DNA from: an uncultured Christensenella sp.
Lineage (GTDB): Bacteria > Bacillota > Clostridia > Christensenellales > UBA1242
Assembly: GCA_964554475.1 (NCBI GenBank)
Contig: CAZKOT010000005.1
Span: 1-47,480 of the forward strand
Length of the DNA: 47,480 bases
Direction: 5' to 3'
Shown: in pieces, positions 1-8,645 of the stretch
Position numbering within the stretch: position 1 is the first letter of the stretch
How the letters are laid out: each line of letters starts with the position of its first letter
Program-made: the position numbers and the translations under genes
Notes under the pieces: generated by a model
Told to the model about the DNA's origin: nothing
The model's input: only the letters and a program-made list of their open reading frames with translations
Databases searched by the model: none

Positions 1-1
1 A

Positions 2-523
2 TTAGTTGAAGTTTTTAAAAAAATCTCAGAAACTAAAAAACAAGCAGAAAAGAATGACAAACCTAAAATGGAAATTGCGAAAAAAATGACTTCGTTGTTT
101 TCAAATTTAAGTGGCAAAATTAATGAATTGGGAAAAAGATATAAAGGAATTGGAAGTTTTTTTGAAGTTTATCAAAAAAATGGTACAGTAGAAAAGAAAA
201 AATTGGATGAGTTGTGGTATAGTAACAAAGATTTTGTAGCAAGACTTGTTATTACAAGATTAGCATTGATTTCTGCTTATAATAACTTTTCATCTTTTAC
301 AAAATCAAAAATGAATTCTTTGGGTGAAAAAATAAAAGGATCATTTGAAAAATTAAGAAAAAATTCAATTTTTGATTTACTTGATAAGCATTTTGAGAAT
401 GTTAAACAAGTAAATGAAAGAGAATTAAATAAATTTCTTGATAGCATTGTTAAAGATGCTCCAAATGTTAACAAAGAATTAATTACAGGAGAATTTTTTC
501 AAGTGCGAGAACTTGAACAATAA
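2..523 (+). CDS. hypothetical lysine-rich protein; 5' end possibly truncated by the window edge (first in-window ATG at 68)
   Basis: ORF track 68..523. In-frame codons 2..67 contain no stop. Hairpin plus T-run follows at 633..668. No family recognised. Confidence 0.45.
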   Translation, partial: LVEVFKKISETKKQAEKNDKPKMEIAKKMTSLFSNLSGKINELGKRYKGIGSFFEVYQKNGTVEKKKLDELWYSNKDFVARLVITRLALISAYNNFSSFTKSKMNSLGEKIKGSFEKLRKNSIFDLLDKHFENVKQVNERELNKFLDSIVKDAPNVNKELITGEFFQVRELEQ

Positions 524-632
524 AATAAAAAATTGCAAAATATAAAATTAATATAAAGTTGAAATTATAAATAAAATAATGCGTGTAAAAAACAACAAAT
601 TTTCAAATTTTTGAGCAAAACTAACAAAAAAA

Positions 633-668
633 AGCAAGTTATGAAATTTTACTTGCTATTTTTTTTTG
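633..668 (+). terminator. Rho-independent terminator
   Basis: Stem agcaagt (633-639) / acttgct (651-657) followed by a T-run at 659-667. Confidence 0.7.
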
Positions 669-847
669 TTTTGGATAAAATTATTTTGTTTGAAGTGAAA
701 CGCTGAGAAAACAATAAGTGACAAGTAATAAGTAGTAGTGAACAATTAAGGATAAAAATTTTTTTTTAATTATAATTTTTAATTCTTTAATAACTACATT
801 AATTACTGAAGCTTTCAGCGTGGACAAATAAAAAGGAGAAATTAATA

Positions 848-3481
848 ATGGCTACAAACAAATATGTTTATCTCTTCAATGAGGGAAAAGGCTCAATGAG
901 AGAATTGTTGGGAGGTAAGGGTGCCAACCTGGCAGAAATGACAAATCTAGGATTGCCCGTTCCGCAAGGATTTACGGTTACAACCGAAGCATGCACAAAA
1001 TATTATGATGACGGCAAAATAATTTCGGATGAAATTGTAACACAAATAATGGATTATCTTGCAACACTTGAAAAAATGACTGGAAAAAAACTAGGAGATC
1101 CAGCAAATCCTTTACTTGTTTCGGTTCGTTCAGGAGCACGTGTTTCAATGCCCGGAATGATGGACACGGTTTTAAATTTGGGTCAAAATGACCAAGTTGT
1201 TGAAGGACTTGCAAAATTGACAAATAATCCCCGATTTGCTTATGACAGTTACAGAAGATTTATTCAAATGTTTTCCGATGTTGTCATGGGACTTGAAAAA
1301 TCAAAATATGAAAAATTGATTGATGAAGTTAAAGAGAAAAAAGGTGTTAAGCTTGACACTGAACTTGATGCTTCCGATCTTAAAGAATTAATTACAAAAT
1401 TTAAGGCTTTTTATAAAAAAGAATTAAAAACCGAATTTCCACAAGACCCGAAAATTCAACTTCTTGAAGCGGTTAAGGCGGTTTTTCGTTCATGGGATAA
1501 TTCTCGTGCAATTTACTATAGACGCATTAATGACATTCCTTCAAATTGGGGAACTGCGGTTACAGTTCAAAGCATGGTTTTTGGAAATATGGGAGATGAC
1601 AGTGGAACAGGTGTTGCGTTCACACGTAATCCTTCAACTGGTGAAAAAGTTCTTTATGGTGAGTACTTAATGAATGCACAAGGTGAAGATGTTGTTGCTG
1701 GAATTAGAACACCAAACCCAATTAGTGATTTACAAAAGCAAAACCCCATCTTATACAAGCAATTTATTGATATATGCAACAAACTTGAAAAGCATTATAA
1801 TGACATGCAAGACATGGAGTTTACAATTGAAAAAGGTAAGCTATTCATGCTCCAAACAAGAAACGGAAAAAGAACAGCAAAAGCGGCTTTAAGAATTGCA
1901 ACTGAACTTGTTAAAGAGGGTAAAATTGATGAAAAGAAAGCAGTCATGATGATTGATCCAAAGCAACTTGATTCTCTTCTTCACCCGCAATTTGACGATA
2001 AAGCATTAAAAGCAGCAAAAGTTATTGCAACAGGACTTCCTGCTTCACCGGGTGCTGCATGTGGAAAAATTGTTTTCACTGCTGAAAAAGCAAAAGAAAT
2101 GCATGATAAGAAAGAAAAAGTTGTTCTTGTTCGTTTGGAAACTTCACCTGAAGACATTGAAGGTATGGCAGTTTCAGAAGGTATTTTAACTGCAAGAGGA
2201 GGAATGACTTCTCATGCTGCAGTTGTTGCAAGAGGAATGGGAGAGTGCTGCGTTGCAGGATGTTCCGCTCTTGTTGTTAAAGAAGATGAAGGTTACTGCG
2301 TAATTGGAGGACAAAAATATAACGAGGGAGATTACATATCTCTTGATGGTTTAACTGGAAAGGTTTACGGAGAAAAGATTGCGACAGTTCCTGCTTCACT
2401 TTCGGGAGATTTTGCTACACTTATGAATTGGGCAGACAAATTCCGCAAAATGCAAGTGAGAACTAATGCAGACACCCCAGCGGATGCAAAAACAGCTTAT
2501 AATTTTGGCGCTGAAGGCATAGGTTTAACTCGAACAGAACATATGTTCTTCGGTAGTGATAGAATTATGGCTATGCGTGAAATGATTGTTTCTTCAACAG
2601 TTGAGGAAAGAAAACGTGCTTTAAATAAATTATTATCCATGCAAAGAAATGATTTTATAGGTCTTTATAAAGAAATGAAAGGATATCCTGTTACAATAAG
2701 ATTCCTTGATCCACCTCTTCATGAATTTTTACCTCATACTGATGATGAGATTGAGATTTTGGCGAAAGAAATGAAAATAACTTTTGCAAAACTAAAAAAT
2801 ACGGTTGCTTCTCTTCATGAATTCAATCCGATGATGGGACATAGGGGATTACGTTTAGCAGTAACATACCCTGAAATTGCTGAAATGCAAACACAGGCAG
2901 TTATTGAAGCAGCTATTACGGTTAATAAAGAATATGGTTACAATATTGTTCCTGAAATAATGATTCCGATTACTTGCGAAGCAAAAGAATTTAATTTTGT
3001 AAGAGATATTGTTGTTGCAGTTGCTGAAAAGGTTATTAAAGACAACAAAGCAAAACTTCATTACAAAATTGGAACTATGATAGAAATTCCTAGAGCAGCA
3101 ATTACTGCTGATGAAATTGCAAAAACTGCAGAATTTTTCTCATTTGGAACAAATGATTTAACACAAATGACTTTTGGATTCTCACGTGATGATGCAGGTA
3201 AATTTTTGAATGAATATTATGAAAAGAAAATTCTTGAATCAGATCCGTTTGCAAGACTTGATCAAATCGGTGTTGGTGAACTTGTTAAAATGGCATGTGA
3301 AAAAGGAAGAAAAACTCGTCCAGACATAAAACTTGGAATATGTGGAGAACATGGTGGCGACCCGTCGTCAGTTGAGTTTTGTCATCAAACTGGCTTAACT
3401 TATGTTTCTTGTTCACCTTTTAGAGTGCCTATTGCAAGACTTGCAGCAGCACAGGCGAATATTAAATTTCCAAGAAAATAA
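848..3481 (+). CDS. ppdK: pyruvate, phosphate dikinase
   Basis: 877 aa. N-terminal GGKGANLAEM ATP-grasp motif, phospho-His loop GGMTSHAAVVARGMG, C-terminal PEP-utilising barrel GICGEHGGDP. RBS AAAGGAGA upstream. Confidence 0.95.
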   Translation: MATNKYVYLFNEGKGSMRELLGGKGANLAEMTNLGLPVPQGFTVTTEACTKYYDDGKIISDEIVTQIMDYLATLEKMTGKKLGDPANPLLVSVRSGARVSMPGMMDTVLNLGQNDQVVEGLAKLTNNPRFAYDSYRRFIQMFSDVVMGLEKSKYEKLIDEVKEKKGVKLDTELDASDLKELITKFKAFYKKELKTEFPQDPKIQLLEAVKAVFRSWDNSRAIYYRRINDIPSNWGTAVTVQSMVFGNMGDDSGTGVAFTRNPSTGEKVLYGEYLMNAQGEDVVAGIRTPNPISDLQKQNPILYKQFIDICNKLEKHYNDMQDMEFTIEKGKLFMLQTRNGKRTAKAALRIATELVKEGKIDEKKAVMMIDPKQLDSLLHPQFDDKALKAAKVIATGLPASPGAACGKIVFTAEKAKEMHDKKEKVVLVRLETSPEDIEGMAVSEGILTARGGMTSHAAVVARGMGECCVAGCSALVVKEDEGYCVIGGQKYNEGDYISLDGLTGKVYGEKIATVPASLSGDFATLMNWADKFRKMQVRTNADTPADAKTAYNFGAEGIGLTRTEHMFFGSDRIMAMREMIVSSTVEERKRALNKLLSMQRNDFIGLYKEMKGYPVTIRFLDPPLHEFLPHTDDEIEILAKEMKITFAKLKNTVASLHEFNPMMGHRGLRLAVTYPEIAEMQTQAVIEAAITVNKEYGYNIVPEIMIPITCEAKEFNFVRDIVVAVAEKVIKDNKAKLHYKIGTMIEIPRAAITADEIAKTAEFFSFGTNDLTQMTFGFSRDDAGKFLNEYYEKKILESDPFARLDQIGVGELVKMACEKGRKTRPDIKLGICGEHGGDPSSVEFCHQTGLTYVSCSPFRVPIARLAAAQANIKFPRK

Positions 3482-3497
3482 ATAATAAAAATTAATT

Positions 3498-3650
3498 ATA
3501 CCATAGAGAACACACGAGGGACAGCCCCTTTGACTGTGTAGCAACTTATCATTAATGAATTTAAATTTTTTAATGATGGAGTGCTAAAGGCTGAATGATG
3601 GGAAGAATAGAAGTTAATTAAATTCCATCGTTTTTGATGGAATTTTTTTA
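3498..3650 (+). promoter_or_regulatory. SAM-I (S-box) riboswitch with expression-platform terminator, upstream of metK
   Basis: Core signatures in S-box order: AGAG...GAGGGAcaGCCCcttTGA...GCAAC...(P3 tcattaa/ttaatga)...GTGCTAAagg. Terminator aaattccatc/gatggaattt plus T-run at 3620-3650. Its 5' arm can compete with the P1 3' strand gatgg. Confidence 0.8.
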
Positions 3651-3737
3651 ATAAGTATTTTAGTTTTTTAAATTTTTAAAAGGAGAATATTATTTTCTAA
3701 TATATAAAATTTTTTTGTTAGAATAAAATATTATAAT

Positions 3738-4835
3738 ATGAAAAAAATTTTAACCAGTGAAAGCGTTAATATAGGTCACCCTGATAAAACTTGTGATATT
3801 ATTGCTGACAGTTTTTTGGATTTTGCATTAGAGCAAGATCCAAATTCGCAAATGGCAGTTGAGTGTGCAATAAAAAATGACACATTATATATTTACGGAG
3901 AAGCAACAACAAAGGCAAAAATTGATTATGCAAAAATTGCCCGCAATACACTTTTAGAAATAGGCTACAAAAACAAATTTAAAATTGTCCAAAACATTTC
4001 AAAACAATCTATTGACATTAATAATGCCGTTAACAAAGAAGAACTTGCCGCAAATGACCAGGGAATTATTTTTGGTTATGCAACCGATGAGACACCGGAA
4101 TTTTTGCCCTTGCCGATTGTTATTGCTCATAAAATTATGTCCGTTTATGAAAATTTTCGAAAAACAACTGATGTATTTTTTCCTGATGCAAAATCTCAGG
4201 TTTCTATCGAGTATGAGGATGACAAACCTAATAGAATTACAACAATTTTGATTTCTGTTTCACACAGTGAAAAAATTGCTTGTGAAGAAATCAAAAAAGT
4301 AATTCGTAAAAACGTTATTGATGTTGTTTTAGAAAAATATAAAAAATATGTCAAAGAAAAAATTGCTTTGTTAATTAATCCAAGCGGAAAATTTACAATC
4401 TGGGGAAGCTTTTCAGATAGTGGATGTGTGGGAAGAAAAATTTGTGTTGATTCTTATGGCGGTTTAGCAAGAGTTGGTGGTGGATGTTTTAGTTCAAAAA
4501 ATGCTACAAAAGTTGATAGAAGTGCCGCTTACTATGCTCGTTATGTTGCAAAAAATGTTGTTGCAAACAAACTAGCAAGTCGTTTTGAAATTCAACTCGC
4601 TTATGCAATTGGTCTTTTTGAACCTGTTGGTTTATTTTTTGAAACTTTTAACACAGAAAAGATTTCAATTTCCGAAATTGAGGATTTTATAATAAAAAAT
4701 TTTAGTTTTAGAGTTAAGGATATGATTAAGGAATTAGAACTTTTAAGACCAATTTACAAACAAACTGCTTGTTACGGACATTTTGGCCGAGATGAGTTCC
4801 CTTGGGAAATAATAAAAAAATTGACAACAAATTAA
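3738..4835 (+). CDS. metK: S-adenosylmethionine synthetase
   Basis: 365 aa. Motifs GHPDKTCD, NDQGIIFGYA and GGGCFSSKNATKVDRSAAY are MetK hallmarks. Preceded by a SAM riboswitch. Confidence 0.93.
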   Translation: MKKILTSESVNIGHPDKTCDIIADSFLDFALEQDPNSQMAVECAIKNDTLYIYGEATTKAKIDYAKIARNTLLEIGYKNKFKIVQNISKQSIDINNAVNKEELAANDQGIIFGYATDETPEFLPLPIVIAHKIMSVYENFRKTTDVFFPDAKSQVSIEYEDDKPNRITTILISVSHSEKIACEEIKKVIRKNVIDVVLEKYKKYVKEKIALLINPSGKFTIWGSFSDSGCVGRKICVDSYGGLARVGGGCFSSKNATKVDRSAAYYARYVAKNVVANKLASRFEIQLAYAIGLFEPVGLFFETFNTEKISISEIEDFIIKNFSFRVKDMIKELELLRPIYKQTACYGHFGRDEFPWEIIKKLTTN

Positions 4836-4906
4836 ATAAAAGTTATTGATTTTGCAATATATTTAAAAAATTTCAATATATTTTAATTTATTATTTTTTA
4901 AAAAAT

Positions 4907-4945
4907 AAAACCCATTCTTAACTTTTATCATGGGTTTTATTTATC
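4907..4945. terminator. bidirectional terminator between convergent metK and an XRE gene
   Basis: Stem aaaacccat (4907-4915) / atgggtttt (4930-4938), flanked by A-run and T-run. Confidence 0.7.
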
Positions 4946-4956
4946 AAAATTTGGAA

Positions 4957-5511
4957 TTAGAAAAATAATTCTTTATCATATTCTTTGTGCTTTTCACACA
5001 TTTCTGAGGGGGATATTTTAAAATATTTACAAAAGATGTAAAATAATTCAATTGATGGGATTAATTCATCTCTTTCAATTAAGCTAATAATTGTTTGGCT
5101 AATAATATTTTCACGTGCAGTTATTTGAGCAATTTCTTTTCCAAGTTTGGATTGACTCATGTTTTTCTTTGTTCTGTAATAACTAACATTTTCTGCTATT
5201 GTTTTTAAAATATCTTCTAAAGGCATTTCTAATTTGTGATTGTCTTCATTTTTTAAACTAAAAAAAATAGCGTTTAATGAAACATTTAATGCTTTGCAGA
5301 TTATAATTAAAGTTTTTAGTGATGGGGATTGAATTCCGTTTTCCCAAGTTTTTATTTTTTTTACTATTGTTTTTGATTTATAAAACAAATCTTTAGACAA
5401 AAATAATGAAAATTGATATTGAGTAAGATTTTTCTTCTCTCTAAAAAAACGAATATTCATTCCTATTATTTTTTTTAAATCCATTTCTGTCATGTTTTCA
5501 CCATATATCAA
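4957..5511 (-). CDS. XRE-family transcriptional regulator with two Cro/C1-type HTH domains
   Basis: 184 aa. Two segments each with the pattern ...R..KK.(T/S)Q..L...........I...E.G...PS...L..I...L. Confidence 0.7.
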   Translation of the reverse strand: MIYGENMTEMDLKKIIGMNIRFFREKKNLTQYQFSLFLSKDLFYKSKTIVKKIKTWENGIQSPSLKTLIIICKALNVSLNAIFFSLKNEDNHKLEMPLEDILKTIAENVSYYRTKKNMSQSKLGKEIAQITARENIISQTIISLIERDELIPSIELFYIFCKYFKISPSEMCEKHKEYDKELFF

Positions 5512-5525
5512 AAAATATATTTTGT

Positions 5526-6065
5526 TTAAATATTACTAAATTCTTCGTCTTTTTTGATTTGTTTTGTTTCACTACACATTATTACAGACACAGGAACATT
5601 TAAAACTTGGCATATTGCAATCAATCTTTCAATTGAAGGCCGATTTTTTCCTTTTTCAATTTGACATAGCGAAACTTTTGAAAAATCATATCCCATTTTG
5701 TTAATTTCATTTATTAATTGTTCTCGGGATATTTTGTTTTTTATTCTGTAGTAATAAATATTTTTGGGAATATTTTTTTTAATGCTTTCAAATGGAATGT
5801 TAAAGTCAATTACATCATTTTCTTTAAATCCGCACATTAAATTAATAGAAACTTTAAAAAATTTACAGATGAAAAATAGTATTTCAAGATTTGGGATTGT
5901 TAATCCATTTTCCCAATTTTCAATTACTGAATGATGGCATTTCTTTTTATAAGCATACAACTCTTTTGTTAATAAATTCGCCATTTGATATGTGGTTAAA
6001 TTATGATTCATTCTTAAATAAGAAAGATTGTTTTTTATTATATTCTTTATATCATTTTTTTCCAT
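5526..6065 (-). CDS. XRE-family transcriptional regulator with two HTH domains (tandem paralogue of 4957..5511)
   Basis: 179 aa with the same duplicated HTH layout (LRMNHNLTTYQMA... and RIKNKISREQLINE...IEKGKNRPSIERLIAICQVLNV). Confidence 0.7.
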   Translation of the reverse strand: MEKNDIKNIIKNNLSYLRMNHNLTTYQMANLLTKELYAYKKKCHHSVIENWENGLTIPNLEILFFICKFFKVSINLMCGFKENDVIDFNIPFESIKKNIPKNIYYYRIKNKISREQLINEINKMGYDFSKVSLCQIEKGKNRPSIERLIAICQVLNVPVSVIMCSETKQIKKDEEFSNI

Positions 6066-6232
6066 GTTTTTACTATATATTAAAAATTACACATTGTCAA
6101 TAATGAGTTTTTTGGAAAGAATTTATCATTGTTTTTTAAGTAATAATGTAAAGACTTAAGTTGCATATTAATTTTTATCTTGCACAATCTAGAAATTAAG
6201 TTTAAATCCATTAAAATTTGGAGATTATTATA

Positions 6233-6502
6233 ATGAAATTTATAAGTGATAAATACAAAGAAGAACTTTTAGCGAAAACTTTAGAATTTGAAACCATGTA
6301 TGGTGATTTGATCGAAAAAGTGCTTAACGAAAACACTAAAGAGATGCATACAATGCTAATGGAATCAGACTTTGAAAATTATCTGTTTTTAAACGAAATA
6401 GAAAAAACAGAACTTTCACAGGTGCAAAATGCTGATTTGGCTGATTTTAATTCTTATGAAAAGGAACTGGAAAAAATAGGAGATGGAACTGAAACGTGGT
6501 GA
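6233..6502 (+). CDS. acidic small protein, putative cognate antitoxin of the downstream MazF-like toxin (non-canonical)
   Basis: ORF track 6218..6502 starts at TTG. ATG at 6233 sits 9 nt after GGAG. Glu/Asp-rich. Its 3' end overlaps the toxin gene by 20 nt. No AbrB/RHH motif recognised. Confidence 0.45.
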   Translation: MKFISDKYKEELLAKTLEFETMYGDLIEKVLNENTKEMHTMLMESDFENYLFLNEIEKTELSQVQNADLADFNSYEKELEKIGDGTETW

Positions 6503-6830
6503 GGTTTATTATGCAGATTTAAGCCCTGTTGTTGGAAGTGAACAGGGTGGAATTAGACCTGTTTTAATAATCCAAAATGACATAGGAAATAAGTTTTCGC
6601 CCACAATTATTATTGCAGCAATTACAAGTGTGTTAAGCAAGGCAAAAATTCCAACACATGTTGAACTTTCTTCAAATGAATATAATCTTCCTAAAGATTC
6701 CGTAATCCTACTCGAACAAATTAGAACAATTGACAAAAAACGTATCAAAGAAAAAATTACATCATTAAAAGATTTAAAAATGAAAGAAGTTAATCGAGCA
6801 ATACTTATTAGTCTTGGATTTGCACAGTAA
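6483..6830 (+). CDS. mazF: MazF/PemK-family mRNA interferase toxin
   Basis: 115 aa. [29 protein letters not shown]...[10 protein letters not shown] is the classic PemK/MazF N-terminal signature. Confidence 0.9.
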   Translation: MELKRGEVYYADLSPVVGSEQGGIRPVLIIQNDIGNKFSPTIIIAAITSVLSKAKIPTHVELSSNEYNLPKDSVILLEQIRTIDKKRIKEKITSLKDLKMKEVNRAILISLGFAQ

Positions 6831-6835
6831 TTACA

Positions 6836-7118
6836 AAAAAATAACAAAATACAAAAAAATTTAGTGGTAGATTTGAATAATAAATAATATAAGAGTTAAG
6901 AGGTTTTTTATTCTTTAAATAATTCCCCTTTTGAGAGGGGTGCTCCGCCCGAGCGACAATTTGCGAATGCAAATTGCAGGAATTACGAAGTAATTCCGTC
7001 GTAGAGCGAGGGAGGAGCAGGGTGTGTAAAATTAAAAGATAAGTTTTTAATAATTCACATTAATAAATTTGCTATTTGGAATTTGTCATTATTTGTATTT
7101 TGTAATTTGATTTATAAC
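6836..7118 (-). repeat. composite repeat unit, copy A: AT-rich inverted arms around a ~108-nt GC-rich hairpin core (6921..7028, minus orientation)
   Basis: Perfect 12-nt inverted repeat acaaaatacaaa (6845-6856) / tttgtattttgt (7092-7103). The reverse complement of the core aligns along its whole length with 32191..32298. Confidence 0.7.
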
Positions 7119-7176
7119 TCTCAACACTCAATTCTCAACACTCAATTCTCAACTCTCAATTCTCAACTCTTAACTC
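7117..7176. repeat. short tandem CTCAA(C/T)(A)CTCAATTCTCAAC-type repeat array
   Basis: aactctcaacactcaattctcaacactcaattctcaactctcaattctcaactcttaactc. Related tracts at 12091..12123 and 46060..46110. Confidence 0.8.
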
Positions 7177-7182
7177 AAAAAC

Positions 7183-7986
7183 CTATTTAACTCTTAATTT
7201 TTTAAATATTGCTTTTACAATCATAACTACTGCTAAAATTATTATACTTACCAAAGCAATCGTTCCGCCAGGACGAAGATAGTAAGAAAAAATTAAACCT
7301 GCAGTCATTGAAATTAATGCAAATAAAATAGAATAAAGAATTGTGGAGCGGTAACTTTTTGCAATTTGTAATGAGGTTGCAGTTGGGATAACTATTAATG
7401 AAGAAACAATTAATGCTCCAACAACTTTTGATGCAATTGCAACAGTTAGAGCAGTTATTATTGTGAAAAAAATGTTTACAAGATTTACAGGAACACCTGA
7501 AAGTTTTGCATTGTTTTCGTTGTAAGAAATAAACATTAATTCTTTATAAAATATTATTGAAGTTATTACCACTACAGCAAAAACGCCAATTGTCAAAAAT
7601 AATTCGGTCATAGAGATTGAAACTATTGAGCCAAAAAGATAGCTGCTGAAATTTGCAATTGGCGTAAATGAAGAAAGAACGCCCGCTAATCCAATTCCTC
7701 CTGAAAGAACAATTGCAATTGCTATTTCGGAATATTTATAAAATTTTTTTCTTATTAATTCAATAATAAGCGCAGCAACAACACAAGTAAGCATGGCAAT
7801 GGGGAGAGGGTTTACACCCAAAATTAACCCGATTGCAATGCCTGCCAAGCTTGTATGACTTAAAGCATCCCCGGTCATTGACAGTCGTTTTAAAACAATG
7901 TTTGTGCCAATCAATGGAAGTGCTATTGCAAGCATTGTTCCAACCAAAAAGGCAATACGGACGAATTCATATTCAAACATTTTCAA
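7183..7986 (-). CDS. znuB: metal (zinc-type) ABC transporter permease
   Basis: 267 aa polytopic membrane protein of ZnuB/AdcB type. Its start overlaps the end of the upstream ATPase gene. Confidence 0.8.
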   Translation of the reverse strand: MKMFEYEFVRIAFLVGTMLAIALPLIGTNIVLKRLSMTGDALSHTSLAGIAIGLILGVNPLPIAMLTCVVAALIIELIRKKFYKYSEIAIAIVLSGGIGLAGVLSSFTPIANFSSYLFGSIVSISMTELFLTIGVFAVVVITSIIFYKELMFISYNENNAKLSGVPVNLVNIFFTIITALTVAIASKVVGALIVSSLIVIPTATSLQIAKSYRSTILYSILFALISMTAGLIFSYYLRPGGTIALVSIIILAVVMIVKAIFKKLRVK

Positions 7987-8623
7987 CTTCCTTTAAAAAG
8001 TTTTCTTCAATTCGGTAAATTTTACTTAGTCCTTCAATTTTTTCAAAATTGTGAGTTACAATAATGATTGTTTTCCCGTGCTCTTTGTTTATATGGTGAA
8101 GCAGTTCCAAAAACTCTTTTTCGCTTTCGCGGTCAATTCCTGTCATAGGCTCGTCAAGAATTAGTAAATCTGGATTTGCAACAAGCGCTTTCGCAATCAA
8201 AACTTTTTGTTGTTGCCCCCCACTTAATTGTGTTATGGGTTGTTTTTCAAAACTTTCAAGTCCGACAGTTTTTAGTGCAGATTGTGCACGTTTTTTATGT
8301 TTTGAATTAGCAAATCTAAAAAGTCCAATTTTTGAATAAAGTCCTAAAAGCACAATTTCTAATACATTAGCAGGAAAGGAATAATCATTTGAAAAAGTAA
8401 CCTGTTCAACATAGCCAATTTTATTATTCATATTTAATTCAATTTCTCCACTTAAGGGTTTCAATTCGCCAATTAAAAGTTTTAAAAAGGTGCTTTTTCC
8501 GCTTCCGTTTCTACCAATAATACCAATAAAATCACCCTCATTAACAGAAAAGTTTATGTCTTTTAAAATAGGGGCATTATTATAGGCAAAATTAAGGTTT
8601 TTGACATTTATTAATTTGTTCAT
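7973..8623 (-). CDS. znuC: metal (zinc-type) ABC transporter ATP-binding protein
   Basis: 216 aa. Walker A GRNGSGKST, signature LSGGQQQ, Walker B LLILDEP. Confidence 0.85.
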   Translation of the reverse strand: MNKLINVKNLNFAYNNAPILKDINFSVNEGDFIGIIGRNGSGKSTFLKLLIGELKPLSGEIELNMNNKIGYVEQVTFSNDYSFPANVLEIVLLGLYSKIGLFRFANSKHKKRAQSALKTVGLESFEKQPITQLSGGQQQKVLIAKALVANPDLLILDEPMTGIDRESEKEFLELLHHINKEHGKTIIIVTHNFEKIEGLSKIYRIEENFLKEVENV

Positions 8624-8645
8624 ATATACCTTTTAACTCAAAATT

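Noticed and set aside
277-474. Many short track ORFs lie antisense or out of frame inside confident genes. Examples are 277..474, 978..1223, 1464..1892, 2855..3061, 6509..6847, 12620..12982, 15636..15887, 21003..21760, 36030..36524 and 37247..37949.
   Set aside because: They lie wholly inside strongly supported CDSs, lack RBSs, and have low-complexity or hydrophobic nonsense translations. They are treated as frame artefacts.
7117-7176. Possible CRISPR array, suggested by the short repeats.
   Set aside because: The units are 12-14 nt and directly abutting with no unique spacers. No cas genes are present. No CRISPR array is present in the window.
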